In this document: positions 46,983-56,604 of the stretch, one piece after another
Position numbering within the stretch: the first letter of the stretch is position 1
Layout: every line of letters begins with the position of its first letter
NCBI GenBank assembly: GCA_964246185.1
Contig: CAXTPP010000001.1
Coordinates: 28,968 to 92,967, forward strand
Origin: an uncultured Acetobacteraceae bacterium
Lineage (GTDB): Bacteria > Pseudomonadota > Alphaproteobacteria > Acetobacterales > Acetobacteraceae
Length of the DNA stretch: 64,000 bases
Direction of reading: 5' to 3'
Notes under the pieces: generated by a model
Told to the model about the DNA's origin: nothing
What the model saw: only the letters and a program-made list of their open reading frames with translations
The model's database searches: none
Made by a program: the position numbers and the translations under genes

Positions 46983-49760
46983 ATGCCCGACTACCGCGAC
47001 ACCGTCTTCCTCCCCGTCACCCCGTTTCCCATGCGCGGGGACCTGCCGAAGCGCGAGCCGGCCATCCTCGCGCGCTGGGAGGCCATGGGGCTGTGGCAGC
47101 GCAGCCGCGCCGCTGCGGCCGGGCGGCCCACTTTCGTGCTGCACGATGGGCCGATCTTCGCCAACGGCAACGTCCACATCGGCCACGCGCTGAACCGCAT
47201 CCTGAAGGACGTGATCCTGCGCGCCCACCGCATGGCCGGGTTCGACGCGGACTACATCCCCGGCTGGGACTGCCACGGCCTGCCGATCGAGTGGAAGGTC
47301 GAGGAGGAGTACCGCCGCACCGGGCGCGACAAGGACGCGGTGCCGGTGCTGGATTTCCGCGCCGAGTGCCGCGCCTACGCGCAGGGCTGGCTGGACGTGC
47401 AGATCCCCGAGTTCCAGCGGCTGGGCGTCACTGGCGACTGGGCCGGGCGCTACGCCACCATGGACTACGCCGCCGAGGCTGCCATCGCCGGCGAGATCGG
47501 CAAGTTCCTGCTGGGCGGCGCGCTGTACCGCGGCCTGCGCCCGGTGATGTGGTCCACCGTCGAGAAGACCGCGCTGGCCGAGGCCGAGATCGAGTACCAC
47601 GACCACACCAGCGACACGGTCTGGGTGCGCTTCCCGATCATGACGGGGCCGCTCGTGGGCACCTCCGCGGTGATCTGGACCACCACGCCGTGGACCATCC
47701 CGGGCAACCGCGCGCTCGCCGCCGGGGTAAGCATCGACTACGCCCAGTTGCGGGTGGACAGCGTGGCGGATGGCTCCCTGGCGCGGCCCGGCGAGGTCAT
47801 CCTGGTGGCGCTGGACCTGGTGGGCTCGGTGTGCGCCGCCCTCGGCATCGCCACCCACCATCTGCTGCAGGTGGTGCACGGCGCGGACCTGGCCGGCGCG
47901 CTCTGCGCCCACCCGCTGCGCGGCTTCGGCTACGACCACGACGCGCCCATCCTGCTCGGCGACTTCGTCACCGCCGAGCAGGGCTCAGGCCTGGTGCACC
48001 AGGCGCCGGCGCACGGCGAGGAGGACTTCGCGCTGTGCCGCGCCCATGGCATCGCCGTGCCGGAAAGCGTGATGGAGGACGGGCGCTATGCGGCCGACGT
48101 GCCGCTGTTCGCCGGAACCCACGTGTTCCGCGCCACCATGCCGGTGTCGGCGGCGCTCGGGGCGGCGGGCGGGCTGATCGGCCAGGGCAAGCTGGTGCAC
48201 TCCTACCCGCACTCATGGCGGTCCAAGGCGCCGCTGATCTACCGCGCCACCCCGCAATGGTTCATCCGCATGGACGGGCCGGAGCAGCTTCGCGCCCGCG
48301 CGCTGGCCGCCATCGAGGCGGTGCCGTTCGTGCCCCCCGGCGGCCGCAACCGCATCGGCGCCATGCTGGCCGGGCGGCCCGACTGGTGCATCAGCCGCCA
48401 GCGCGCCTGGGGCGTGCCGATCCCCGTCTTCGTCCACCGCACCACCGGCGAGCCCCTGCGCGACCCGGCGGTCGTCGCCCGCGTGATCGAGGCTTTCACC
48501 GCCGAAGGCGCCGATGCCTGGTTCGCCTCCCCGCCCGCCCGCTTCCTCGGCCCGGACCGCGACCCTGCGGAGTACGAGCAGGTCACCGACATCGTGGACG
48601 TGTGGTTCGAGAGCGGCTCCACTCACGGCTTCGCGTTGCAGGACCGCGGGCTGCCCTGGCCGGCGGACCTCTACCTCGAAGGCTCCGACCAGCACCGCGG
48701 CTGGTTTCAGTCCTCGCTGCTGGAAGCCATCGGCACCCGCGGCGCGGCGCCCTTCAAGGCGGTGCTGACCCATGGCTTCGTGCTGGACGAGACCGGCCGC
48801 AAGATGAGCAAGTCGCTCGGCAACGTCACCGCGCCGCAGAAGGTGACGGACACGCTGGGCGCCGACATCCTGCGGCTGTGGGTGATGACGGCCGACACGA
48901 CGGAGGACCTCCGCATCGGCCCGGAGATCCTCAAGCAGCAGGCGGAATTGTACCGCCGCCTGCGCAACACGCTGCGCTGGCTGCTCGGCTCGCTGGCCGG
49001 CTGGCACGAGTCCGAGCGCGTGCCGCTGGAGGCGCTGCCGGACCTCGACCGCTGGGTGCTGCACCGGCTGGCGGAGCTGGATGCCCGCTTCCGCACCGCG
49101 CTGGCCACGCATGACTGGACTGGCGTGTACCCGGAGCTGCACGCCTTCTGCGCCGCCGACCTGTCCGCCTTCTACTTCGACGTGCGCAAGGACGCGCTGT
49201 ACTGCGACCGGCCGGACAGCCTGCGCCGCCGCGCCGCCCGCACCGTGCTGGACGTGCTGCACCGCTGCCTGGCCACCTGGCTTGCCCCCGTGCTGGTGTT
49301 CACCGCAGAGGAGGCCTGGTCCGCCCGCTTCGGCGAAGGCGACGACAGCGTCCACCTGCAATCGCTGCCGCCCATCCCGGCCGGGTGGCACGACCCGGCG
49401 CTCGGCGTCCGCATCGCCAACCTGCGGGACGCCCGCGCCAGCGTGACGGCGGCGCTGGAGGCCGCGCGGCGGGACGGCATGATCAAGTCCTCCCTGCAGG
49501 CCTCCGTGCAGCTGCCTGACCCGGCGCTGCTGCTGCTGGACGAGGCGGGCTGGGCCGAGTTCGTCATCGTCAGCCACGTGGCCGCCGCGGCGGAACTGGC
49601 GGTGGCCAAGGCGCCGGGCGAGAAATGCGTCCGCTGCTGGAAGGTGCTGCCCGAAGTGGGTCGCCACCCTGGCCACCCCCTGCTGTGCGAGCGCTGCGCC
49701 GACGCGGTGGAAAGCGGCTTGGTCGGCATGCCGCGGCCCGATGCGGAAGCCGCCGCGTGA
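46983..49760 (+). CDS. ileS: Isoleucine--tRNA ligase
   Basis: 925 aa with HIGH (NVHIGHALN) and KMSKS motifs and a C-terminal zinc-finger CxxC...CxxC. Confidence 0.95.
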   Translation: MPDYRDTVFLPVTPFPMRGDLPKREPAILARWEAMGLWQRSRAAAAGRPTFVLHDGPIFANGNVHIGHALNRILKDVILRAHRMAGFDADYIPGWDCHGLPIEWKVEEEYRRTGRDKDAVPVLDFRAECRAYAQGWLDVQIPEFQRLGVTGDWAGRYATMDYAAEAAIAGEIGKFLLGGALYRGLRPVMWSTVEKTALAEAEIEYHDHTSDTVWVRFPIMTGPLVGTSAVIWTTTPWTIPGNRALAAGVSIDYAQLRVDSVADGSLARPGEVILVALDLVGSVCAALGIATHHLLQVVHGADLAGALCAHPLRGFGYDHDAPILLGDFVTAEQGSGLVHQAPAHGEEDFALCRAHGIAVPESVMEDGRYAADVPLFAGTHVFRATMPVSAALGAAGGLIGQGKLVHSYPHSWRSKAPLIYRATPQWFIRMDGPEQLRARALAAIEAVPFVPPGGRNRIGAMLAGRPDWCISRQRAWGVPIPVFVHRTTGEPLRDPAVVARVIEAFTAEGADAWFASPPARFLGPDRDPAEYEQVTDIVDVWFESGSTHGFALQDRGLPWPADLYLEGSDQHRGWFQSSLLEAIGTRGAAPFKAVLTHGFVLDETGRKMSKSLGNVTAPQKVTDTLGADILRLWVMTADTTEDLRIGPEILKQQAELYRRLRNTLRWLLGSLAGWHESERVPLEALPDLDRWVLHRLAELDARFRTALATHDWTGVYPELHAFCAADLSAFYFDVRKDALYCDRPDSLRRRAARTVLDVLHRCLATWLAPVLVFTAEEAWSARFGEGDDSVHLQSLPPIPAGWHDPALGVRIANLRDARASVTAALEAARRDGMIKSSLQASVQLPDPALLLLDEAGWAEFVIVSHVAAAAELAVAKAPGEKCVRCWKVLPEVGRHPGHPLLCERCADAVESGLVGMPRPDAEAAA

Positions 49761-50296
49761 TTCGCCGACTGACTGCCCTCGGCCTGGCCGCGCTCGCCGC
49801 CGTGCTGGCCGCCGACCAAGCCAGCAAGGCCTGGATCCTGGACGGCCTACGGCTGCCGGAGCTGGGCCGGGTCGATCTGCTACCCGGGGTCAGCTTGACC
49901 ATGGTGTGGAACCAGGGCGTTACCTTCGGCCTGTTCAAGGCGGACGGGCGCTGGGGCGCGCTGCTGCTGGTGGCGGTGGCGGTGGCCATCGTCGCGGCCC
50001 TGGCGGTGTGGCTGCACCGGGCCGAGTCGCGGCTGGTGGCGGTGGCCCTGGGCGCGATCGCGGGCGGCGCCATCGGCAACGTGCTGGATCGGCTGCGCTA
50101 CGGCGCGGTGGTCGATTTCATCCACCTGCACGCGGCGGGATGGAGCTGGTATGTGTTCAACGTGGCCGACGCCGCCATCGTGTGCGGGGTCGCAGCCCTG
50201 GTGCTGGACGGGCTGCGGCCACGCCCGGTTCCGGTGGCGGCGCCAGGGGGAACAGCTGACGCGCGGCTTGCCCCGCCGGGTTCCGCGGAGCTATGA
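49757..50296 (+). CDS. lspA: Lipoprotein signal peptidase II
   Basis: The GTG overlaps the ileS stop (GTGA). ...MVWNQGVTFGLF...GGAIGNVLDRLRYGAVVDFI...FNVADAAI... Confidence 0.9.
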   Translation: MIRRLTALGLAALAAVLAADQASKAWILDGLRLPELGRVDLLPGVSLTMVWNQGVTFGLFKADGRWGALLLVAVAVAIVAALAVWLHRAESRLVAVALGAIAGGAIGNVLDRLRYGAVVDFIHLHAAGWSWYVFNVADAAIVCGVAALVLDGLRPRPVPVAAPGGTADARLAPPGSAEL

Positions 50297-50303
50297 CGCC
50301 GTC

Positions 50304-50864
50304 ATGATGACGGTGATGGCGACCCTGCGGACTGCTCTGCCCATGCTGGCCGCCCTGCCGCTGCTGGCTGGATGCGGCGATGACCTGTCGCGCAGCATCG
50401 GCCTGAGCCGGGATGCGCCGGACGAGTTCACCGTCACCACCCGCGCGCCCCTGTCCATGCCGCCGGATTTCGCGCTGCACCCGCCGCGCCCCGGCACGTC
50501 GCGCCCGCAGGAGCTGTCCGAGCGGCAGCAGGCGGAGGCGGCGCTGTCCCCCGCCACGGCGCTGTCCGCCCCTGTGAGCAGCAGTTCGCCGGGCCAGCAG
50601 GCGCTGCTGTCCGCCGCCGGCCCGGTGCCGCCGCGGGACATCCGCAACCAGGTGGACGCGGAGTCGCAGCTGGACCGGCCCGACCGGTCGTTCACCGACC
50701 GGCTGATGTTCTGGAAGCCGAAGCCGCAGCCGGGCACGCCGGTGGACGCCCAGCGCGAGAGCAAGCGGCTGCGGCAGAACGCGGCGCTCGGCTCCGCCGC
50801 CAACGCCGGCGACACGCCGATCATCCAGCAGCGCCGCCAGGGCATCCTCGACTCAATCTTCTAG
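50304..50864 (+). CDS. DUF3035 domain lipoprotein
   Basis: The start was re-picked at MMTVMATLRTALPMLAALPLLAGC. ...DAPDEFTVTTRAPLSMPPDFALHPPRPG... In alphaproteobacteria this gene usually follows lspA. Confidence 0.75.
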   Translation: MMTVMATLRTALPMLAALPLLAGCGDDLSRSIGLSRDAPDEFTVTTRAPLSMPPDFALHPPRPGTSRPQELSERQQAEAALSPATALSAPVSSSSPGQQALLSAAGPVPPRDIRNQVDAESQLDRPDRSFTDRLMFWKPKPQPGTPVDAQRESKRLRQNAALGSAANAGDTPIIQQRRQGILDSIF

Positions 50865-50876
50865 GGCTGCTGGACC

Positions 50877-51317
50877 GTGCGCGAGGCCGCCGTTCTCCTG
50901 CTTGCCGCGCTCGCCGGCCCGTTCGCAGTGCTGGCCGCCGACGCGCCCGGCGATCCGCCCGCCGATCCGCCTTGGGTGGCCGAGGTGGTGGGCGACTACG
51001 CCGGGGCGGTGCGCAACGGGGGCCGGATGGAGTGCCACCGCACCCGCTTCACCCTGCAGGACGGCCACCTGGTCGGGCACTACGCGATCGAGGACGACCA
51101 GCCGTTCGAGGGCGACCTGGTGGACTTCCGCGCCGACAGCGAGACCAGCGGCAGCTTTACCTGGATCGACCGCTACGGCCGCGGGGTCGAGTTCGTGGCG
51201 TTCGCCGCCGACCGGGCCAGCTTCACCGGCGCATGGGGCGACGACCGGCCGGACCCGCGCAACCCGGTGCAGGGCCAGCGCGGCGGCAGCGCCGGCTGCG
51301 AGCACGCGGTGTCCTGA
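50877..51317 (+). CDS. Hypothetical secreted protein (146 aa)
   Basis: GTG start, signal peptide MREAAVLLLAALAGPFAVLAADA, and high GC3. Confidence 0.55.
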   Translation: MREAAVLLLAALAGPFAVLAADAPGDPPADPPWVAEVVGDYAGAVRNGGRMECHRTRFTLQDGHLVGHYAIEDDQPFEGDLVDFRADSETSGSFTWIDRYGRGVEFVAFAADRASFTGAWGDDRPDPRNPVQGQRGGSAGCEHAVS

Positions 51318-51332
51318 TACGCGGGCCAAGTC

Positions 51333-53093
51333 ATGCCCCGCGTTTTGGGCTATGCTGCCGCCATGGATTCCGCCCAGCCCTTCGTCGAGCGTCCGTTGCT
51401 GCGCCGTCTGCCGGACGCGCTGGTGGACCGGATCGCCGCCGGCGAGGTGATCGAGCGTCCGGCCGCCGCCGCCAAGGAGTTGGTGGAGAACGCGATCGAC
51501 GCGGGTGCCGGCCGCATCGCGGTCTGCCTGGAGGGTGGCGGCATCCAGCGCATCGAGGTCACCGACGACGGCGCCGGCATGGGGCCGGAGGCGCTGGCGC
51601 TCGCCGTGCAGCGCCACTGCACCTCCAAGCTGGCGGACGACCAACTGATCCGCATCACCACCCTCGGCTTCCGCGGCGAGGCGCTGCCGTCCATTGGGGC
51701 GGCGGCACGGCTGCAGATCACCTCGCGGCCACCCGGCGCGGCCCATGCGCACCGCATCCGGGTGGAGGGCGGCGCGGCGCGGCCGGTGACGCCCGCATCC
51801 GGCCCCGCCGGCACCCAGGTGATGGTCTCGGACCTGTTCTTCGCCACCCCGGCGCGGCGCAACTTCCTGAAATCGCCCCGGGTGGAGGCGGACCATGCGG
51901 AGGCCGCGGTGCGCCGGCTGGCCTTCGCCGCCCCCGGCGTCGCCATGCGGCTGGTCAGCGACGGGCGGGTGGTGTTCGACCTGCCGCCGCAGCTTCAGGC
52001 GGCGCGGGCCGCGTCCCTGCTCGGCATGGACGGGCTGCTGGCGGTGGCGGGCGAACGCGACGGGTTGACGCTGGCCGGCCATGCCGGGCCGGCGGCGCTC
52101 AGCCGGGCCACCGCGGCCGGCCAGTCCCTCGTGGTGAACGGTCGCCCGGTGACCGACCCGGTGCTGCGCACGGCGGTGCGGGTGGCCTACCGCGACGTGA
52201 TCGCCGCCGGCCGCCACGCCGCCGTGGCGCTCTATCTCACGGTGCCGCCGGACCGGGTGGACGTGAACGTGCACCCGGCGAAGACCGAGCTGCGCTTCCG
52301 CGACCCGGACGCGGTGCGCGGCCTGGTGATCGGGGCGCTGCGGCGCAGCCTTTCCGGTGGCGCAGGCGTGTCGCTCCCGGCGTTCAGCATCCGTCCGCGC
52401 TCCACGTTTCGCCCGGCGCTGCCCGCCCAAGCCGGGTTCGCCGAGGCCAGCCTGCCGTTCGCGCCGTCCGCCCGGGTCGTGCCGGAGGCCGAAGCATCGT
52501 CGCATCCGCTGGGGGCGGCGGTGGCCCAGGTGCTGGACACCTACGTGATCGCGGTGGCGGGCGATGGCAGCCTGGTGCTGGTCGATCAACATGCGGCTCA
52601 TGAGCGGCTGACCCACGAGGCGCTGGCCGCCCAGCACCGTGCCGGCGGGGTGCGGCCGCAGCCGCTGCTGCTGCCCGCCGTGGTGGACCTGCCGCCGCCG
52701 GATGCGGAGCGGCTGCTGCGGCACGCGCCCCACCTGCTGGCGCTCGGGCTGGAGCTGGAGGCGTTCGGCGCCGGCGCGGTGCTGGTGCGCGCCCTGCCCG
52801 CGCCGCTGTGCACCGGCGGCGCGCCGGACCCTGCGCCGCTGCTGCGCGACCTGGCGGACGAGCTGGCGGATTGCGGCGAGGCCACGGCGCTGGAGGCACG
52901 GCTGGACGCCGCCCTGGCGCGCATGGCCTGTCACGGCAGCATCCGCGCCGGACGCCGGCTGCACCCGGCGGAGATGAACGCCCTGCTGCGCCAGATGGAG
53001 GCCACGCCGCGGGCCGCCACCTGCTCGCACGGCCGTCCCACCGTGCTGAAGCTGAGCCGGGCGGAGATCGAGGCGCTGTTCGGCCGCCGTTGA
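51333..53093 (+). CDS. mutL: DNA mismatch repair endonuclease MutL
   Basis: ...LPDALVDRIAAGEVIERPAAAAKELVENAIDAGA... (GHKL ATPase) and a C-terminal ...LVDQHAAHERL... The start may be the internal ATG at 51363. Confidence 0.92.
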   Translation: MPRVLGYAAAMDSAQPFVERPLLRRLPDALVDRIAAGEVIERPAAAAKELVENAIDAGAGRIAVCLEGGGIQRIEVTDDGAGMGPEALALAVQRHCTSKLADDQLIRITTLGFRGEALPSIGAAARLQITSRPPGAAHAHRIRVEGGAARPVTPASGPAGTQVMVSDLFFATPARRNFLKSPRVEADHAEAAVRRLAFAAPGVAMRLVSDGRVVFDLPPQLQAARAASLLGMDGLLAVAGERDGLTLAGHAGPAALSRATAAGQSLVVNGRPVTDPVLRTAVRVAYRDVIAAGRHAAVALYLTVPPDRVDVNVHPAKTELRFRDPDAVRGLVIGALRRSLSGGAGVSLPAFSIRPRSTFRPALPAQAGFAEASLPFAPSARVVPEAEASSHPLGAAVAQVLDTYVIAVAGDGSLVLVDQHAAHERLTHEALAAQHRAGGVRPQPLLLPAVVDLPPPDAERLLRHAPHLLALGLELEAFGAGAVLVRALPAPLCTGGAPDPAPLLRDLADELADCGEATALEARLDAALARMACHGSIRAGRRLHPAEMNALLRQMEATPRAATCSHGRPTVLKLSRAEIEALFGRR

Positions 53094-53114
53094 ACCGCGT
53101 GGGCCTGCCTGGCG

Positions 53115-53579
53115 TTGGCGGGCGATGAACGCAGTGCTCCACCTCTTCCTGACGGCCATGTTTTGAGGCAGGCGGCCCATACGCTGACGGTCGCCACGGC
53201 CGGCAAGGGACTGGTGCCGATCACCGCGCCGGTGGCGGCCTGGGTGGCGCAGCAGGGCATCGCCACCGGGTTGCTGACGGTGTTCTGCCGCCACACCTCG
53301 GCCTCCCTGCTGATCCAGGAGAACGCCGATCCGACGGTGCGCGCCGACCTCGAGGCGTTCTTCCGCTGGCTGGTGCCGGAGGACGTGGGCTACCGCCACG
53401 CCGCCGAGGGGCCGGACGACATGCCCGCCCACATCCGCAGCGCGCTGACCCAGACCCAGCTGTCGATTCCGGTGATGGCGGGCGAAGCCGTGCTGGGCAC
53501 GTGGCAGGGGCTATATGTCTGGGAGCACCGGGCCTCGCCGCACCGGCGCAAGGTGGCGCTGCACCTGCTTGGCGAGTGA
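53115..53579 (+). CDS. YjbQ/UPF0047 family (secondary thiamine-phosphate synthase) protein
   Basis: ...LTVFCRHTSASLLIQENADPTVRADLEAFF...PDDMPAHIRSALTQTQLSIPV... The true start is probably TTG at 53163 (LRQAAHTLTV). Confidence 0.8.
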   Translation: MAGDERSAPPLPDGHVLRQAAHTLTVATAGKGLVPITAPVAAWVAQQGIATGLLTVFCRHTSASLLIQENADPTVRADLEAFFRWLVPEDVGYRHAAEGPDDMPAHIRSALTQTQLSIPVMAGEAVLGTWQGLYVWEHRASPHRRKVALHLLGE

Positions 53580-53582
53580 AGG

Positions 53583-54293
53583 CTAGGCGTCCAGTTCGAA
53601 GTAGTGCCGGAACACGCCCTGCTCGTTGAACGGGATGCGGCGGTCGGAGGCAAGGTAGGCCGTGACCAAGGGCAGTGCCGCCACCTTTGCGTGCAGCGCG
53701 TGCAGCAATGGGAACGAGGTCCCGAACGCTGCCATGGCGTGCGGAAAGGCGTAGCGCAGCCCCTCCACCACCTGGAATGCCGAAAGATCGGCCGTGCTCA
53801 GCCGGTCGCCCACGAGATGGTCCGGGCCGGCCGGGTTGCGCGCGGCGACGGTTTCCAGCCAGCCCAGGTATTTGGGCATCCGCTCGGCCGTGAACTGCCC
53901 GGACCGGCGCAGCGCCTCGGGTTTCTGGTCCTCGTAGTACAGCGTCGGGCCGATGGGATGGTGCGTGTCGTGCGCCTCCGCCACCAGGTCGGTGATGGTG
54001 AGCTGGACCTGGTGGCACCACAACCGGCCACGCTCGTCCTGCGGCCCAAGCCCGAGCGCCGGGCTGAGATGGTGCAGGATGGCCGCCACCTGCGCCACCA
54101 CGACTGGCCCATCGACCAGGAATGGCGGCGCGAAGGGCGGGAACGGGCCTTGCTCCATGCGCCGGGTCATGGCCGCTGCCCCGTTCTCGCGTGCGGCATC
54201 GCGGTAGGTCGTGCCGGTGGCCTCGAAGGCGAGGCGGACGAACTCGCCGCGGCCCTGGATATCGGGCCAGTAGTGGAGTTCGTAGCGCGCCAC
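53583..54293 (-). CDS. Glutathione S-transferase family protein
   Basis: GTG start. VARYELHYWPDIQGRGEFVRLAFEATG is a thioredoxin-like N-domain, followed by a helical C-domain. 236 aa. Confidence 0.75.
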   Translation of the reverse strand: MARYELHYWPDIQGRGEFVRLAFEATGTTYRDAARENGAAAMTRRMEQGPFPPFAPPFLVDGPVVVAQVAAILHHLSPALGLGPQDERGRLWCHQVQLTITDLVAEAHDTHHPIGPTLYYEDQKPEALRRSGQFTAERMPKYLGWLETVAARNPAGPDHLVGDRLSTADLSAFQVVEGLRYAFPHAMAAFGTSFPLLHALHAKVAALPLVTAYLASDRRIPFNEQGVFRHYFELDA

Positions 54294-54297
54294 CGGC

Positions 54298-55428
54298 TTA
54301 GATGTAGTGCTCGGCCAGCGGCGCGAAGCCGTTGAAGCGCTGGCTAGCGTAGGTCGTGACATACGCGCCGGCCGCCATGAGATCGACCGTCTCGCCATGC
54401 GCGAGCGCCAGCGGCAGGCGGTAGTTGCTGCGCTCGTAGAGGATGTCGGCGCCGTCGCAGGTCGGCCCGGCGATGCACACCGGGCCGGACGGCTCGCCGT
54501 CATGCGCCGTCTGGATGCGGTACTTGATCGACTCGCCCTCCGTCTCGGCCAGGCCGCCAAAACGTCCGATGTCGAGGTAGACCCAGCGGGTCGGGTCGCC
54601 AGGGATGCGGCGGCTGACCAGCACCACCTCGGAACGCACCACGCCGGCGTCGCCGACCACGCTTCGCCCCGGCTCGACCAGGATCTCCGGCAAGTCGTTG
54701 CCGAAATGCTCGGTCATGGCGTGCATGATGGCGTGGGCGAAGCGGTCCATCGTCGGCACCTCGTCGCGGTAGCGCACCGGGAAGCCGCCACCCAGGTTGA
54801 CCATGCGTAGGTTCACCCCGGCATCGGCCAGATCGGTGAACAGCATCGCCACCCGGCCGATTGCGACCTCGTAGGCGGCGGTGTCCATCTGCTGGCTGCC
54901 GACGTGGAACGACAGGCCATACGGGTCGAGCCCGAGCTGGCCAGCACGGACCATCAGCTCGCGCGCGCTGTCCACGGTGGCGCCGAACTTGCGGGACAGC
55001 GGCCAGTCGGCTCCCTTGTTCTCCACCAGAAGGCGGCAATAGACCCGGCTGCCCGGCGCGTGCTCCGCCAGCTTCTCCAGCTCCTCGATCGAGTCGAAGG
55101 CGAACATGCCGACGCCCGCGGCGTAGGCGCGCTGAATCGCCGAGACCTTCTTGATCGTGTTGCCGAAGGAGATCGCGGCAGGCGCCGCGCCCGCCCCGAG
55201 GCACATGGCGACTTCCTCGTAGGACGCGGCGTCGAACGCGCTGCCCAGCCCGACCAGCCGCTCCAGGATGGGGGCGGCCGGATTCGCCTTCACGGCGTAG
55301 TAGATGCGGGCCAGCGGCAGGGCATGGCTGATCGCACGGTAGTTCTCTTCGACACGGTCCATGTCGAGGACGAGGCAGGGAGTGGCCGGACGCGAGTCGG
55401 CCAGGAACTGCGCGATCTTTGGGGTCAT
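54298..55428 (-). CDS. Ornithine (or lysine/ornithine) decarboxylase, type III PLP fold
   Basis: The start was re-picked at MTPKIAQFLADSRPATPCLVLDMDRVEENY...IYYAVKANP (PLP lysine) ...HVGSQQ...GGGFPV...GPTCDGAD... Confidence 0.88.
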   Translation of the reverse strand: MTPKIAQFLADSRPATPCLVLDMDRVEENYRAISHALPLARIYYAVKANPAAPILERLVGLGSAFDAASYEEVAMCLGAGAAPAAISFGNTIKKVSAIQRAYAAGVGMFAFDSIEELEKLAEHAPGSRVYCRLLVENKGADWPLSRKFGATVDSARELMVRAGQLGLDPYGLSFHVGSQQMDTAAYEVAIGRVAMLFTDLADAGVNLRMVNLGGGFPVRYRDEVPTMDRFAHAIMHAMTEHFGNDLPEILVEPGRSVVGDAGVVRSEVVLVSRRIPGDPTRWVYLDIGRFGGLAETEGESIKYRIQTAHDGEPSGPVCIAGPTCDGADILYERSNYRLPLALAHGETVDLMAAGAYVTTYASQRFNGFAPLAEHYI

Positions 55429-55697
55429 CGCACTGAGCCTTCTGATGGGCCGCCCACCTGTTGAGGCGGTGGAGCGGGAGTTGACGAAACGGTCGAACGA
55501 ACCAGCGGTCGGAAGTAGATTGCCAGAACGCTTGACGTCGTTGCGTAACCCGAAGGCCAGAGGCACGTGCGTTGCTGCGTGGGATGCGCAAATAGGACCC
55601 TCAGGGGGTCGGTGCAAGCGGAAATATCGGCTCGGCGCGAGAAAATCGAAAGAGCGTTAAAGGGTTGTAAGCATGGGCCGTTCGAGGGGCCGCCGGA
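55429..55697 (-). promoter_or_regulatory. Long (269 nt) leader/promoter region upstream of ornithine decarboxylase, candidate speF-type RNA element
   Basis: A sigma70-like TTGCAC-N17-TATTTG is present on the minus strand. Several small stem-loops include competing CCACC/CCGCC...GGTGG/GGCGG pairings ~30 nt before the ATG. I could not verify a motif match by eye. Confidence 0.3.
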
Positions 55698-56219
55698 TCA
55701 GGCCCGATGCCGCGCCGCGTGCTGCCGCAAGCCTTGGCCCAGCGAGGCCGCATGGCAGCACGATGCCAGGCGCACGCTGGCCCGACGCAGCCCATGGCGG
55801 TGGCGCGGCGAAACGCCCGGCCTGCCGGGGACCTCGCCCTCGCCCGCCTCCGCGATCTCGACCGGCTCGTCTGCCGAGGCGACCGACACCATGCCGCGGC
55901 CGCGGCCGAGCAGGCCGATCTCGCGCGCCGCACCCTTGGCCAGGTCAATGATGGCACCGCGCCCGCCCATCCGGTCGTTGACCAGGACGACGACGGACCG
56001 GCCCGTCTCGTGCATCGTCACGCGCACCCGGCTGCCGAGGGGAAGGCTGCGGCTCGCGGCGGTCATGCCCTCCTGGTCGAACGCCGTGCCGCTGCTGGTC
56101 CGTAGGCCGTCGTGCCGTGCGCCGTACCATGATGCGATGCCGATGCTCTGCGCTCCAACCGATGCAGGCCCGACGACGGCCAAAGCAAGGACTGGCAGCA
56201 ACAGACGCTTGGAGAACAT
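55698..56219 (-). CDS. RlpA-like (DPBB) septal-ring lytic transglycosylase family protein
   Basis: The start was re-picked at MFSKRLLLPVLALAVVGPASVGAQ. ...GIASWYGARHDGLRTSSGTAFDQEGMTAASRSLPLGSRVRVT...VVVLVNDR... Confidence 0.8.
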   Translation of the reverse strand: MFSKRLLLPVLALAVVGPASVGAQSIGIASWYGARHDGLRTSSGTAFDQEGMTAASRSLPLGSRVRVTMHETGRSVVVLVNDRMGGRGAIIDLAKGAAREIGLLGRGRGMVSVASADEPVEIAEAGEGEVPGRPGVSPRHRHGLRRASVRLASCCHAASLGQGLRQHAARHRA

Positions 56220-56288
56220 GCGGCAAGGCTCCTTCGCCACCAGGTTTGATGGCCCTAACAGTCAGCCTGCCGGGCTATGCGGGCGCAA

Positions 56289-56360
56289 GCGGTAACTTAC
56301 CCACAGCGTTTGCCAATGACCCAGCGCTTACCGCAAACTGTGCTGTGCAGAACACAGCAC
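56289..56360. other. Two adjacent perfect stem-loops in a 385-bp intergenic region
   Basis: GCGGTAA (56289-95) pairs with TTACCGC (56328-34). GTGCTGTG-cagaa-CACAGCAC spans 56340-56360. Confidence 0.4.
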
Positions 56361-56604
56361 CAGGCTGGGCCGCTAGGATTTATGTATCCTTTATACCCTG
56401 ACCTGGTCCGATCGTTACTTGTATGGCTTAGGCTTCACGAAGGCATGAACTTGGCTGGGCGCTCATTGGCCAGACACGGCGCAATACTTGGCAAGACGCT
56501 GCGCGCCGTCTGCCCGAGTTACCGAAGCGCAACATGGGGCGTGGCCGAGCTACCATGCTCACGGAAATCGTGATCGCGGCCTCGTGCTGCAGGCCCGGTG
56601 GGAC

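Noticed and set aside
50853-53432. 859-aa minus-strand ORF opposite mutL and neighbours
   Set aside because: It is antisense to mutL, the hypothetical secreted protein and yjbQ, and has no motifs. It is a GC artefact. The same reasoning applies to 46466..49114 and 48213..49676 over ileS, 58431..60221 over accBC, and 21711..22979 over nadAB.
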